Assembly (NCBI GenBank): GCA_963706325.1
Contig: CAVPLT010000004.1
Coordinates: 640,001 to 704,000 of the forward strand
DNA: 64,000 nucleotides
Direction: 5' to 3'
Origin: an uncultured Nitrospiraceae bacterium
GTDB lineage: Bacteria > Nitrospirota > Nitrospiria > Nitrospirales > Nitrospiraceae
Part shown: positions 21,428 through 32,654 of the stretch, in pieces
How positions within the stretch are numbered: position 1 is the stretch's first letter
Layout: each line of letters begins with the position of its first letter
Program-made: the position numbers and the translations under genes
The notes under the pieces: generated by a model
Database searches by the model: none
Seen by the model: only the letters and a program-made list of their open reading frames with translations
What the model was told of the DNA's origin: nothing

Positions 21428-22198
21428 TTTTACAAAGACCCCTTTTGGGCGGGAAGATATAACTCTTCCTGTTAGCTGCCAGTCGCGACGTATACGTACT
21501 CACAGATCATTGTGGGGAGAGCAAGAATACGCAATCGACCTATAGGTAGTCAACTACGCGAGACGCCGGTCCGGGATCGGGATTTTGAGGCGATTCATCG
21601 GTCTGACCCGCCCGGATGCGGGGTTTTTACCGGACTACTGCGAGGCGGCCTTTTGACGTGTTACACCGGTATGCGAATGGGCGACGTGTTCTATCATCTT
21701 GACTGAAAGCAGGTAAAACCTCATTCAGGGAAAGCTGGTATTGCCCTGAATTGCATAAGGCGACGCTTCTGCGCTTGCGGGGGGCGCATCCAGGGCACAC
21801 CTGACTGTCCTTACAGCATGTGCAAAACACGTTGACGCCCCCCGGGATACCCTTGGGACGATGGCAGGGGCGTCGCCTGTGCGGGTACCGCGTAACCCGG
21901 TCCCAGCAAAAGAGCCGGGGGGTGCCCCTTGTTTGACCTCCTTCAACGGTCTGACTGGCATAATTGTTAGAAATTGAGTATGTGACTAGTCTGGTGATGC
22001 CATGCGCATCTGCCACCGGCGGTTTACAAAAAACCAGGTCAGCCGGAGGTACCAAAACCCCAACTCCGTACGCCAATGCGGGAAGGCAAAGAGTAGCGCG
22101 ACAAGCATCTGTCCAAACTTTAGACAGCGAGATAAGCGGTACTGATTACCGGCGTGTCGTACCTTTTTCTTATCCATTACGGTTCTCGGGGCGGCGAA

Positions 22199-22711
22199 CT
22201 AGCGTGTGTGCGCAAGATGAGCCAAAACCGGCTGGTTCCTCATCGTCTCTTGTAGAGACCTAATGAATGCGACCGACGAGGTTTCGCCCGCGTCCATGAG
22301 CCCTCGATAGTGTTCTTGGGCCAGCGCAAAAAACGCCGGGTGCTTGTCGGCTGGTACGCCCATCATAGTGGCCAAGACAGCCAGATGCTCTCCGCCGCCT
22401 TGTGCCATATCCTGGGATAGGGTATCAAACGCGCTCGCGACGAACATATTCGCCGTCTGTTCTGCCATCACCTTCCCATCGTTCGTGCAGCCGGAGGTGC
22501 CAAAGCTGATGCCAAAGGTTTGACTGCCGAACGTACCGTTGGTGGTGGCCATCATCACTTGGGGGGCGATGTTCTTGGGAGTTTTATATTCTCCCCAGGC
22601 CAGTTTCCCCAATCCGCACCCAGGCCCATTGTCAGGAATCCCCGCGACGCTCACAGTGACATCAAGCATGAGCAGCACACCTGCGAGTAGAGTGACCGAT
22701 AATGTTTTCAT
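22199..22711 (-). CDS. DUF3015 family protein
   Basis: signal peptide, GPGCGLG, TTNGTFGSQTFGISFGTSGC. Confidence 0.85.
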   Translation of the reverse strand: MKTLSVTLLAGVLLMLDVTVSVAGIPDNGPGCGLGKLAWGEYKTPKNIAPQVMMATTNGTFGSQTFGISFGTSGCTNDGKVMAEQTANMFVASAFDTLSQDMAQGGGEHLAVLATMMGVPADKHPAFFALAQEHYRGLMDAGETSSVAFIRSLQETMRNQPVLAHLAHTR

Positions 22712-22794
22712 AGCGCCTCCCGTGAGATGGTGATTAATCGACATCCTAACTTACGTCTCTTTCCGTGACTGTCAATCGGAAAACCATTTGTCGA

Positions 22795-22980
22795 TCACAC
22801 CACTCCCAGACAGAGACTCACCGCAATTCCCAACACCATGACTGAGACGAGGAATTGAATGGTCCGATATGTCATTTTCTCGACCAGATAACTTCCCGTC
22901 AATGTTCCGGCCAAGGCTGATGCCATGGCAGCGAAAACAGTGAAGCGTTGCGCATGCATCGTCGCCGTCGGTAATTTCAC
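22795..22980 (-). pseudogene. C-terminal fragment of a TSUP/TauE-like membrane transporter
   Basis: two TM helices resembling a TSUP C-terminus; no N-terminal part. Confidence 0.4.
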
Positions 22981-23184
22981 CCCGTAAGCCGTGAGCCGCG
23001 ACGATCGCCAGCTTCAAAACTGGATAGCTAAAGGGAATCGGTGTCGATAAATAAATTGCACATGTGAATAGCCTGCCATCAATCCTCACACCTCTCTAAC
23101 AGGCACGACTGTAATAATTTGCCTCTGCTTCCGTCTTAGTTGGCGAAGGCGCAATTACGCTTCTCATCTACTATAGGAGGCCCG

Positions 23185-23673
23185 ATGAATGCCACGACGC
23201 ATGCACACCATCACCATTCTGTCGCCCACGTCCCTTCCCTCAATCAATTATCCGTGTCTGCCACAGTGCATTGCTTGACCGGCTGCGGCATCGGTGAAGT
23301 ATTGGGCATGGTGATTTCGACTATGCTGGGCTGGGGGACGGTAGCTTCCATCGGCATTTCGGTCGCGTTGGCCTTTACGATTGGCTACGCCTTTACGCTC
23401 GTTCCGCTCCTACGCGGAGGAATGGGCTGGGGGATGGCGGCCTCCCTCGCATTGGCCTCCGATACCGTATCAATGACGGTCATGGAAATCGCGGACAATG
23501 CGATCATGCTGTTGATTCCTGGGGCGATGGACGCCGGGTTAACGGATGTCCTGTTCTGGGGAAGTTTGGCTCTCTCGTTGGGAGTCGCGTTTGTGGCTGC
23601 GGTGCCGGTGAATAGATGGCTGATCGCCCGAGGCAAGGGGCATGCGGTCATTCACGAACATCATTGCCACTGA
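23185..23673 (+). CDS. DUF4396 family membrane protein with His-rich termini
   Basis: ATVHCLTGCGIGEVLG, DTVSMTVMEIADN, PVNRWLI. Confidence 0.85.
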   Translation: MNATTHAHHHHSVAHVPSLNQLSVSATVHCLTGCGIGEVLGMVISTMLGWGTVASIGISVALAFTIGYAFTLVPLLRGGMGWGMAASLALASDTVSMTVMEIADNAIMLLIPGAMDAGLTDVLFWGSLALSLGVAFVAAVPVNRWLIARGKGHAVIHEHHCH

Positions 23674-23976
23674 GATTGTAGTCTGGGGGGGAGTTCCAAT
23701 CTTACGAAATCTGGGCCGGTGCGGCCGCTCGGCATTGATGGCGACTGCCGTATTTCGGCTGCGTTCTAACCTGTGGGGGGGAGCCCTTGCGCGGCCTTCT
23801 GCCCCCACCGAATAGGCATACATGGGACCCGCGTGATAGGGACGCCATTTGGTTCATAAAAAATAAAAGAGGCCGGTAGCGTCAGAACATTCTGCATGCT
23901 AATGCAGTACGGCAGCAATACATGCCGGTGACTTTTCCACCTTGAATGGGATGAACGCTAGGAGTGAGGCGTACGA

Positions 23977-24162
23977 CTATACTCTTACATACTCAGAGGC
24001 AGAGCATCGTCCCCTGGTATGGTCAGTCACCGAGCTGGAAGCCAAGCGTGTGACGAAACCAGCCCCTTTTGTTGAATCGTCTTTTGAAAAGGCCAGCGCG
24101 AGCACAAAGCACCACAGCAACGCGGCAGCACCGAGGAGCAATCCTAACGTGACAAACAACAT
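23977..24162 (-). CDS. small single-TM protein
   Basis: hydrophobic N-terminus, AGGAAGG RBS-like sequence. Confidence 0.4.
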   Translation of the reverse strand: MLFVTLGLLLGAAALLWCFVLALAFSKDDSTKGAGFVTRLASSSVTDHTRGRCSASEYVRV

Positions 24163-24829
24163 AGCGGCTTTTAAATCCCTTCCTGTCTACCCAATGTTAT
24201 GTGAATAAGGGAGGTCTGTGGCGAATGGCAACCCTACCGGCCCAGCGACCACTCGCAAAGTGTTTTCTTAAAAAGAGGGCGGGGTAGTGATCCAGTCTAG
24301 CGTTTACTGGTCGAAGGCCGTGGTTCTACGGTGGCGGAATAATACAACGATAGGACCCATGTTATTACAAATCTCACGTTCTCGCTCCTTGAGAGAGACA
24401 TCCTGGCACCTTCCTCATCTGAGTGTAGCCCAAGGTAGAAAAGAGCGTGCGTAGAATTGGAAATCTCGCAAAGTCCAAAAATTCATTAACATCTATTGGG
24501 ATACTCAACTGCATAGAACCTAAGCTGTATGCTGCGAGCAATTGGGGAGCGAAAGAACAGACCGAAAAATTGCTGACTTTTTCGCTGTGGCTTTAGCAGT
24601 CGGGAAGCTATTGCACGCTAAAACACCCTTGAGTGCTATTCAGCGAGACTGTCTAGTTAAATGCCATTGGTGAGGTTCAGACATTCTTCGACGCATGGGA
24701 GACTCAATCAGCTCATCACTGGGAATATTTCCAAAATGATGGAGCCTAAAACGGTTGAGCCTCAGTAGCGTGCACACCAAGGAATCCAGCTAGTTGTCGC
24801 CATGCAGTCTCTTGCCTAAAGTCACGAAC

Positions 24830-25215
24830 ATGAAGCTAAATCAACTGATCACCTGATCGCGGATGTACTCTCGATGGCCATGGACATTCGACAGCATGTC
24901 GAAGATCGGCGGAGGGGTCTGACCCCCTTGCAGATGGATGGACTGTCAAATGCCGTCCTTGCGATCCATAATTACCTCCGTTCCTGGAAGGCTCACGAAC
25001 TGGGGCTCAGAGAAGCTTCGTTAATCCGCGCCTCCACCGCTCCCGCCAGTCCCCGCACAAAGGAATCATGCCATGCTGAAAATCCCATCAGAGAAATCGT
25101 TGAAGCTCATCTGAGTGCTGATGCGGATTGTCCACAGCCATCCATCAATGAGTCATCTAAAGGTAGTGGCCGCTTATGGAATGCGGGCGGGGAGTGTAAG
25201 AACAGGTTTCGGTGA
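24830..25215 (+). pseudogene. frameshifted paralog of 59059-59346
   Basis: near-identical peptide IRQH.EDRRR.LTPLQM; ATG 24830 is out of frame with the body. Confidence 0.6.
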
Positions 25216-25395
25216 GGTTACTGTGTAATGTGCGCAGTGTTTGCAGAGGACGGAAAAATAAAAGTCGGGGTCATAGCGTTCGTGGATGTGCTCTTTGGGA
25301 GTCTCAGGTAGCGGACTTAGTTTAGAGAGCCCAATCACGATCTTCCCCCTGCATGCTGGATTCTCACACTTCACGACCTTCTGCCTTTTCGTCAT
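25174..25395 (-). CDS. small zinc-finger-like protein
   Basis: CENPAC...CKHC; GGGGAG RBS. Confidence 0.5.
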   Translation of the reverse strand: MTKRQKVVKCENPACRGKIVIGLSKLSPLPETPKEHIHERYDPDFYFSVLCKHCAHYTVTSPKPVLTLPARIP

Positions 25396-25478
25396 GGAAC
25401 TCCCCCCCAGGCCATTCTCCGTTGTGGGCTTCCCTCTGTTCCATTCTCAATAATGAGAATTGATTCCTGCGTGGCACA

Positions 25479-25727
25479 TCAGGTTGTCAATGAAGGGAAC
25501 TGGGAATCAATCCATTCAATGGCCAGCTTTTTAGCCACCGTATCCGCAGCCTCTTGGGTGGGCAAGAGATCCTTAGGGTTCCCGGCAATAGTGTGCTCCG
25601 TTCCATTTCCCTCGGAACGCTTCACCGTAACCTTCGGAATCCACCCGATCTTGCGTCGGTACGATCGCAATTCTATCAGCCAGGTTTTATGGAGAAGTGG
25701 TGGCAGATCAGTCATTTCAGTGTTCAC
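25479..25727 (-). CDS. small hypothetical protein (paralog of 49685-49924)
   Basis: shared GW.P...V...AGN....LPT..EA...A motif. Confidence 0.55.
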   Translation of the reverse strand: MNTEMTDLPPLLHKTWLIELRSYRRKIGWIPKVTVKRSEGNGTEHTIAGNPKDLLPTQEAADTVAKKLAIEWIDSQFPSLTT

Positions 25728-25829
25728 CTGCCCCCCACGCCCTGGGCGAGTTAGAGGTCCTGTTGCGTGGTACCGAGCCGTCCTGTCGCTGGCAGTCGGG
25801 ATTCACTCGATACGGTCAACGCACCCAGC

Positions 25830-26264
25830 TTATTTATCGGCATAACCCCATGCTTGGGCAGAGAAGGACAATGTCCCTGTGTTTGCCTTCCATTGAATCT
25901 GAAAGCATAGCTTCTCACCAGCTTGTATTGGAATCGGCCCCTGCACAGTCCCAACAAATATCCCAGAGCCATCCGCATGCACGCGAGCGGACGGAAAAAT
26001 TGGTATCGAGATATTAGCCTTGGGTGTGGGACTGTCGTCTCGCACTACCATCCATGCCGACAGATTCTCGATTGGCCCTTCCTCCTGGATCCAAACGCTG
26101 GCCATTTGCAGCATGAACGCTTTCTTGTCCCCAAGATCCACAACTTTCAGTTCCGCATGAGCGTTATTTCCCCCGCTCGACACCGAACTTGCGAGTCGAA
26201 TGATCTCCTTAGGAACGCTAAAGAATTTCTCCGACATAAATCTCCTCTCGTTTTTGACCGCCAC
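25830..26264 (-). CDS. hypothetical protein
   Basis: 144-aa ORF. Confidence 0.5.
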   Translation of the reverse strand: MAVKNERRFMSEKFFSVPKEIIRLASSVSSGGNNAHAELKVVDLGDKKAFMLQMASVWIQEEGPIENLSAWMVVRDDSPTPKANISIPIFPSARVHADGSGIFVGTVQGPIPIQAGEKLCFQIQWKANTGTLSFSAQAWGYADK

Positions 26265-26503
26265 CTTTACGTGAGCAGCGATCAGATGGGCAAGCTAGCA
26301 CGATTTGCTAGGCCATGAAAACAAAAGGCGGTGAGAACCCGGGGGCAGGGTCACGGAAACGGGATTGGGGGTTTGTGCATGGCGCCCGCTGGCACGGACG
26401 GACCATGACAGTGCATCCAGAATTCGACTTGCCTTCACAGCATCTTTGACCCCGATTCCCGATTTTGTTATACATTGTGAATGTTTCATTACAGGGGAGT
26501 TAC

Positions 26504-26827
26504 ATGATGCAGCCGTCGCGAGAGAATGAGAAAGCAAAGAAGAAAACATCAAAGGTGGAAGCCAAGAAGACCGCTAGCTCGAAGCCCAAGGATTCACTAC
26601 GCCAGCGGCCCACCACTTCTTCACCTCCGCCTCCACTCTCAGCCGTTCCGGAACCTCCTTCAACAGGACCAGTGTTGACACAAGAGGAATATCGGGCGCG
26701 TGTCGCCCGGAAAGCGTTTGAGCTATTCCAGAAGCGGCAGGCTCTTACAGAGGTGGACGATTGGGTAGAGGCAGAACGCTTGGTCAAGCTGCAACTGCTA
26801 GATGAGCAACAGGGGGCATCCGTCTAA
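26504..26827 (+). CDS. DUF2934-like protein
   Basis: RVARKAFELFQKR...DDWVEAER motif; GGGGAG RBS. Confidence 0.7.
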   Translation: MMQPSRENEKAKKKTSKVEAKKTASSKPKDSLRQRPTTSSPPPPLSAVPEPPSTGPVLTQEEYRARVARKAFELFQKRQALTEVDDWVEAERLVKLQLLDEQQGASV

Positions 26828-26875
26828 ATTTCGGTGCTCGGTACTTCTCAACGGCGATTGCCTAAAGAACTACCT

Positions 26876-27073
26876 ATGTCACTTCCAGATATTCTTCGAT
26901 GCCCATGTGGGTTTGCGATTGCCACAAGCGCGTATGAAATGGAGTGGCCGGATGCAGCCGTTGACGCTGGGAAGATTGTGGAGGAACCCAACCCAAAGTA
27001 CCGGGAATATAGTTATGCTTGTGTTGAGTGTGGACGGTTCATAGTCAATCGCCAACCCCCAAAGCCGAAATGA
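26876..27073 (+). CDS. small zinc-finger-like protein
   Basis: CPCG...CVECG. Confidence 0.45.
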   Translation: MSLPDILRCPCGFAIATSAYEMEWPDAAVDAGKIVEEPNPKYREYSYACVECGRFIVNRQPPKPK

Positions 27074-27191
27074 CCCGCCTTCCACTAGTGGGTGAGACCA
27101 ACTCATATTTGCAGTGACCCACCGAGCTGACCACAACGCCAAGGCGGCGCGGAAGTTGGCGACGATGGGGGTGGGCATGCACTACAAATGA

Positions 27192-27829
27192 ATGTCAACT
27201 TTCCTGAGCCGTATATGGTCTCTTCGGATTGCTACTTCCGAAGAATGGGAACGGCTTCAAGCTGTGGCTGCCCCCCATTTGAAACGATTTCTGACAATAG
27301 CCTACGTTGTGGGGCCTCGGCGAGGGGAGTTGCTCAAGTTGGAATGGCCTGATGTCGATATGAAGAGTAAGGAATTTACGTTGCGGCACACGAAAAACGG
27401 GGAGACACGGACTGTGCCTATGACCCCGATCGTGTATCAAGTATTCCTTGAACTGTGGACGGAACGTCGCCTAGACACTCATCGTGTGTTCCTGTATAAA
27501 GGAAAGCCATGGAAGAATCCCCGAACTGCCTTCGCCGCTGCGTGTCGCCGAGCTGGGATCAAGTGCGGACGACAGGGAGGGGGACTAACTCAGCATGACT
27601 TTCGGCATACCGCCAGTACGAATCTGAGGCGAGCCGGTGTCGATACCATGACCGCCATGAAGATTGTGGGACATAAGAGCGAGCAGATGCATCGACGGTA
27701 TAACACGATCGAGCCAGCAGACCTCCATGAAGCTGCCGCGAAGCTCCATCGGTACGCGGCTAACACGCTAATAACACCTCCCGATTCTGGTGCGGCTCAG
27801 TCACCTGCAAGTGCTGGAAATCATTCAGT

Positions 27830-27839
<10 letters not shown>
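27192..27839 (+). pseudogene. tyrosine integrase, catalytic domain only (N-terminus missing)
   Basis: GPRRGELL, TKNG, HDFRH, VGHKS, RRYN catalytic residues; stop codon lies inside tRNA-Pro. Confidence 0.9.
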
Positions 27840-27907
<68 letters not shown>

Positions 27908-27912
27908 CAATT

Positions 27913-29097
27913 TCAACCACTTGCGTCGTCTTCGCGGTTCTCTCCATCCCCCTCCGTTCCGGTTCCTGTCACGGTTAGACTTGAATTCTCTCTCGCCTCT
28001 GTCCGTTCCAGGTCCGGCCTGATCCGTCCACTGCTTGTCCTTCCCAAACCCTGACACGCCCTCAAGCGCACCGTGTAGATGAGTGGGGGAGAGGTGGGCG
28101 TATCGTGCAACCAAGTCTGTTCCGCTATGTCGAAGGAGCGCGGCAATGGTACTAGGAGCCTGTCCGTTCATGGCGAGCCGTGAGGCGAACGTATGCCGCA
28201 ACGTGTGCCAGGTGACGCCATCCAGCTCGGCGCCTTCAGGGCCGTCATATAGATCCGACCATAGAAGTTATCGGGGTCGAGGTGAGTCTTGGGGTTCTGA
28301 CTGGGGAACACCCAGACGGATGTATTCCCGGGGATGAGGCTTCTCAGAATCTCCTTGGCCTCTTTCACCAAGTGCACGTATTGCACCATCTTTGACTTGG
28401 TCTGAGGGAGGGTAATCAACCCTCGGTCTAGATCAATGTCGGCCCATCGTAGGCTGAACTGCTCAGACTTCCTCAAGCCCGTGAGAATGGCTAGCCGGAT
28501 CCAGGCATCATACGGGTGACCGATCGCCTGACACAGCTTTGTCTCTTCCTCAATGGAGAGGAAGCGAGTTTTGCCCGCTCGTACCGTGGGCAGCTTGACG
28601 CTGCTGAAAGGGCTTTTCTCAATCATGCCTCGCCCGATGGCCCACCGAAACACATGCCGAAGGAACTTAAGATAATGCACAATGGTTTGGGGCGTGTAGA
28701 GCTTCGCGGCCAGGTCTGCCATGGCTTGATCGAGCATGGTCGCCGTGACGGCGTGTAGGGCCTTCCCTGTGAGACGGTCTGTCCACCAGCGCCCATAAAA
28801 GGTCTCATCCGCAATGGTGGACGGCTTCTTTCCACTGGTGGGGAGTGTGGCGAGATACGCGGCAATCACCGATGAGGCTGATTCCTTCCCGCCATGCCGA
28901 TAGCGCTCCGGGAAAAACCGTCCGTCCTTCTGGTCTTGCTTCGACTTCTCATAGAAGTTTCGGGCTGCCGTTTTCGTCGAGAAACTGCCGAATCGCCGCT
29001 CCTTCCCTTCGTGATAGAGCCGCACATTCCATACTGTCTTACCCGTCGAATCTTTCCTTGCCAGCAAGCCCCGATCTTTTCTCCCTGCTCGTGCCAT
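27913..29097 (-). pseudogene. tyrosine integrase of island B, frameshifted
   Basis: LTGLRKSE and TKS in ORF 28168-29097; HTLRHTFASRL, LRHS, RYAH continue in another frame. Confidence 0.9.
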
Positions 29098-29239
29098 ACC
29101 TCACCGTCCTTTCTGTAAATCCTGAACCACCAGATGAACGAATGTAGCCGGATATCGTGAAGCCCTTGAGCCGCAAGGCATCGAGCTGCGCCTTGAGCGT
29201 CACGGGCAGTTGAATCAGGATCTTGGTCTGTTTCATCAT
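29039..29239 (-). CDS. small ribbon-helix-helix-like protein upstream of int (3' end uncertain)
   Basis: KILIQLPVTLKAQLDAL...TISGYIR pattern; GGAGG RBS. Confidence 0.5.
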   Translation of the reverse strand: MMKQTKILIQLPVTLKAQLDALRLKGFTISGYIRSSGGSGFTERTVRYGTSREKRSGLAGKERFDG

Positions 29240-29341
29240 GCCTCCAAGCTGAGTAGCGTGATAGCAGTCTATCAATCTATATATACGACAATCAATCTAG
29301 ACTGTTGACGAGCTAGCAATCTGTCCTGTACCGTTCGCCGC

Positions 29342-29509
29342 ATGGCACGAGAAAAAGCAGAAGGGAAGAAGGCGTATGGATTGCGCCTCGACCAGGCACT
29401 GATGCGCGAGCTGTCGCACCTGGGAGTGGATGAAGACCGCTGGCTGAATGAATTGGTCGAGGAGGCGGTTCGGGACCTGTTGAAGAAATATAAAGAGAAG
29501 CGAAAATAA
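29342..29509 (+). CDS. ribbon-helix-helix regulator (55 aa, below ORF-track cutoff)
   Basis: hand translation MAREKAEGKKAYGLRLDQALMRELSHLGVDEDRWLNELVEEAVRDLLKKYKEKRK. Confidence 0.7.
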   Translation: MAREKAEGKKAYGLRLDQALMRELSHLGVDEDRWLNELVEEAVRDLLKKYKEKRK

Positions 29510-29517
29510 GACCGCGC

Positions 29518-29836
29518 CTATCCATGGTTGGATGAGTCATCCGGCAGAGCTGCCTGCGCATTGATGACTGTGGCCGATTCACCGCCATTTCTTTGAATAA
29601 TGACCCGGATCGTTTTATCGGTGGCGATTTCTGTCTTCGGCTTTCCGTAGGCATAGAAATGCATGAGGATTTCCAGCTGTGGCGAGCGCCCATTGAGCAT
29701 GCGCCTCTTCAGGCTGGCCTGATAGTCAGGATCCTCCACCAGACCTAGGGCGATCTCTTTAATGGTCACTGTGGCCCGGTTCTGGCACTCCTGGTTGCCT
29801 TCCTCCGGTCTTGGGTTTCCCTTTTTGAAATCTCAT
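29518..29836 (-). pseudogene. terminase small subunit-like protein, frameshifted
   Basis: MRFQKGKPKTGGRQPG..NRAT start (frameshift near 29785) joined to ORF ending ...YAYGKPK. Confidence 0.55.
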
Positions 29837-30151
29837 GCTCGTTCTCTATTGCCTCTCTGTTTTGGAGGATCGGGACACTCAGGAATCACCGTCACATGTT
29901 TCGTATTCACGGCCGCCTGATAGCCTGGCCAGGACACATAGGCCCACGTCACGCCGTCCTCGTCGGTATGGACAAACTCGACGGGAAAGGGACCGTCGCA
30001 CCTGACCGTCTCCCGAGAGCCAGGTGATGAGGGTGCCAGCCTGAATAGGTGTAGACGTTTGCCCGTGAGGCTTTTGAGTCTCAGGGGGAGTGTTGCCCAC
30101 GTTCGGCGCTTCGTCGCGTAGGCGTTTGGCACGCTGCATCCAATACCCCAT
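29833..30151 (-). pseudogene. hypothetical phage-like gene split by a frameshift
   Basis: overlapping ORFs 29879-30151 and 29833-30132 join near 29995; GAGG RBS. Confidence 0.45.
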
Positions 30152-30172
30152 GGCGTTCCTCTCCTAACCCCC

Positions 30173-30364
30173 TACCGACAACCGACAACTGACGGAAACA
30201 TCGCTGCAGTGCAGCTGGTTTGAGCGTCGGTAACCCCGCAACAGACAGACTACCGACAGGGTGGAACGTCTCGGGGAAGTGTCGGTACGTGTCGGTCTGG
30301 CTCGTACCGACGAGGACAGCCAGCGCGGGGACTCGCTTTTCGGTCCACCTGTCGGTTGTCGGTA
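30173..30364. repeat. iteron-like ACCGACA cluster (putative replication origin)
   Basis: 7 exact ACCGACA/TGTCGGT copies plus variants; outer perfect 15-bp inverted repeat. Confidence 0.75.
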
Positions 30365-30396
30365 CGACATTCGAGTAGTTCACGCGCGACCGCCTT

Positions 30397-31916
30397 TCAG
30401 TCGGATACACCTGACGGTGCGTGTCGCGTCGGGTCTCTGACAATCGCCCCTTGGTCTAAAAGAGACTTCCACACCTGATTGAACAGCAGTCCGTCGGCAT
30501 TGCCGTGGCGTTGGATGGTGCGTCGGCTCAGGCATCGTCCCTGGGCGAGGGCGCGTCTGATACTCTGTTCGCAGCGACCGGCCGGGGTTCGGGCATGACC
30601 GGCCAGCAGCGGCGCGACACGTTGCGCTTGAGTCTTGAAATATTCGACGAGTTCCAAGGCCGCCCCGAGGGATTCCTCCTCAACCTGGGTCGCCTGGGGT
30701 TGGATGCCACGGCATGAATCAGCGCGAACCGCGGGGCATACCCTTTCAGCTTGGCGTAGGCACCGCGCACGATCGCAGGAAGGGCATGGTTTTCTTGTTC
30801 TCGACAATGCTGATCATGCCACTCGATGAACAAGGCTTTGGCGGTTGGACTGAGCGGGAGGACGATCGAGCTGCCGTCCGGATGAGCGGGCAGGCTATAG
30901 AGGCGTGCGACCAGTTCAGCGTACGCGTCTTTGACTGTGCTTCGTAGGATGGCCGACGGCCAGCGCACCGGTACGGGATTAGGAAACGCAAAAAGGAGGC
31001 GATGGAGAAAGCCGTCCTCGCGATTGTCTTCATCTAGGTCAGGCAACACATCCGGGGGTACACAGCCGAGGACGGACAGGAATGGTTTCGAGACCAAGAT
31101 AGGATCTTTGCCTTTTCGGTCGACCGCCAGCGGTTCCGAACTCCAGGCAGAGAGAAAAAACTGCTTATCAGAGCCATTCCCGTTTCGATATTGATTGAAG
31201 CCTTTAATCCACGCCGACAGCTCATCTCGTAATATGAGGATGCCTTGGGGATTCTCGCCCAGCATCCCACCCAAAGCTTCCGTGGTGACGTCGGCCGTCC
31301 ACGTGCGTTGAAAGACGGGCTTCTCGGGCTTGGCGGGCACCTCATCCGTTTCCCGCTTCTTGTGCGCATCGAGATCGCGATGATATCGGGCGATGCGTTC
31401 GTCATAGTCCGCCAGTGCGAGGCTGTACGCGTCTTTATATCGGTCCTGTTGGCGGTAGATAGGCGAGGCGACGAGGTTCAGGGCAGGCGTTTTCAGGGAT
31501 CCGGGATCCGCAATACACGCGAGATAGAGGGAGGCTCCAGCCGTCCAATCCGGTTTGAGCTGAATGGCCCGACGAGTGCCAATGGCGGCCCCAAGACACA
31601 CCAGGACTGGCGCAGCAATCAGATCCACCGGGACCGGCAGAGACGCCGCGGCCTCACGGACAAAGTCTTGGACCGGTTCCGGTAACGCTTCGACGGGAAA
31701 CGAGGGAGCGCCCACCTCTGCCTCATTCATGTCGGCTGATTCTTCCGCCGTACCGACACCGACAACCGACACAGGGGTGTGGGTCGTTGTAACGGCAAGC
31801 GCTTGCGGAGGCCCAGAGATCATTGAGGAGAGCCCGTCGAGAAAGTGATCCTGGACCCGTTGCGTGTCCGTCTTCGCGAATCGTTCGGCTTGTTGAAGGA
31901 ATGCCGTGTCACGCAT
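30397..31916 (-). pseudogene. DUF3987/YfjI-like replication helicase-type protein, frameshifted near 30697
   Basis: FPVEALP, IADPGSLKTP (Walker A-like), DVTTEAL, RDELSAW, DGFLHRLLF. Confidence 0.85.
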
Positions 31917-32367
31917 GTTGCAGGCCCTCCGCTTCGAGTAATTGCCAAGCATGGCCGACCGAATCGAGCGCCCTGTCCAGTTCGTCATTCGTCCAGGTGT
32001 CGATGGAGAGGCCTTGAGCCGACTGGACCAAGCGCTCCGCCTCTCGAAGTGCGTCCGACTGGCGGCCCTTTGCCAGCGCAGCCGCCTGCTGGGTGGCTCG
32101 TGCTCGGGCTCGTTGCTTTATTGCTTGTCGACGATCTGGCGAGTCAGGAATGTCGCGGTCGTAGAAGAGGTCTACGACGCGCAAACCGAGTGCTCGGGTG
32201 ATGTCTCCAAGGGAGCAGCCACTCCAGCACCGTACCAACAAGCCGCGATCTCCTTCCTTTACGCTGAGGCTTGGAGAATGGTCGTCATGGCTGGGACATC
32301 GCGATTGCCAGCCTCGGGGCGTCTGTTTCGCACCGTCCACAAGTTGAAGGAAACTGTCGATGGTCAT
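31909..32367 (-). CDS. primase zinc-binding domain protein
   Basis: WQSRCPSHDDHSPSLSV...LVRCWSGC. Confidence 0.8.
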   Translation of the reverse strand: MTIDSFLQLVDGAKQTPRGWQSRCPSHDDHSPSLSVKEGDRGLLVRCWSGCSLGDITRALGLRVVDLFYDRDIPDSPDRRQAIKQRARARATQQAAALAKGRQSDALREAERLVQSAQGLSIDTWTNDELDRALDSVGHAWQLLEAEGLQHA

Positions 32368-32570
32368 GATGCGGCGACTCCCTTCTCCTGGGAGTCCAAC
32401 AAGCCGGCTATCGCCCGGTGAGCTTGTCGGATCAACTCCTTCTGTTCCGTAGTCCAAGGCTGCCGCCGCCACTCTCGTTCCAACCATTCAACAATTAAGC
32501 GAAGGGCACGAGAGACATTGAGAGAGATGGGTATCTTGTGACTGGACTGCAGTTCACGTATAGTTTCCAT
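32364..32570 (-). CDS. small hypothetical protein
   Basis: AAAGGA RBS; ATGA-coupled to the primase-domain gene. Confidence 0.55.
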   Translation of the reverse strand: METIRELQSSHKIPISLNVSRALRLIVEWLEREWRRQPWTTEQKELIRQAHRAIAGLLDSQEKGVAAS

Positions 32571-32654
32571 TGTTCGGGGGGTCCTTTCAGTTTTGAACCG
32601 CCGCGGAGGTCGCACTCTTCGGCGGTTTTCCTTTTACTGGATCGTGTCATTGCT

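Noticed and set aside
30173..30364. CRISPR array
   Set aside because: Repeats are 7 bp, in both orientations and irregularly spaced; no cas genes or 25-40 bp repeat-spacer pattern seen in the window
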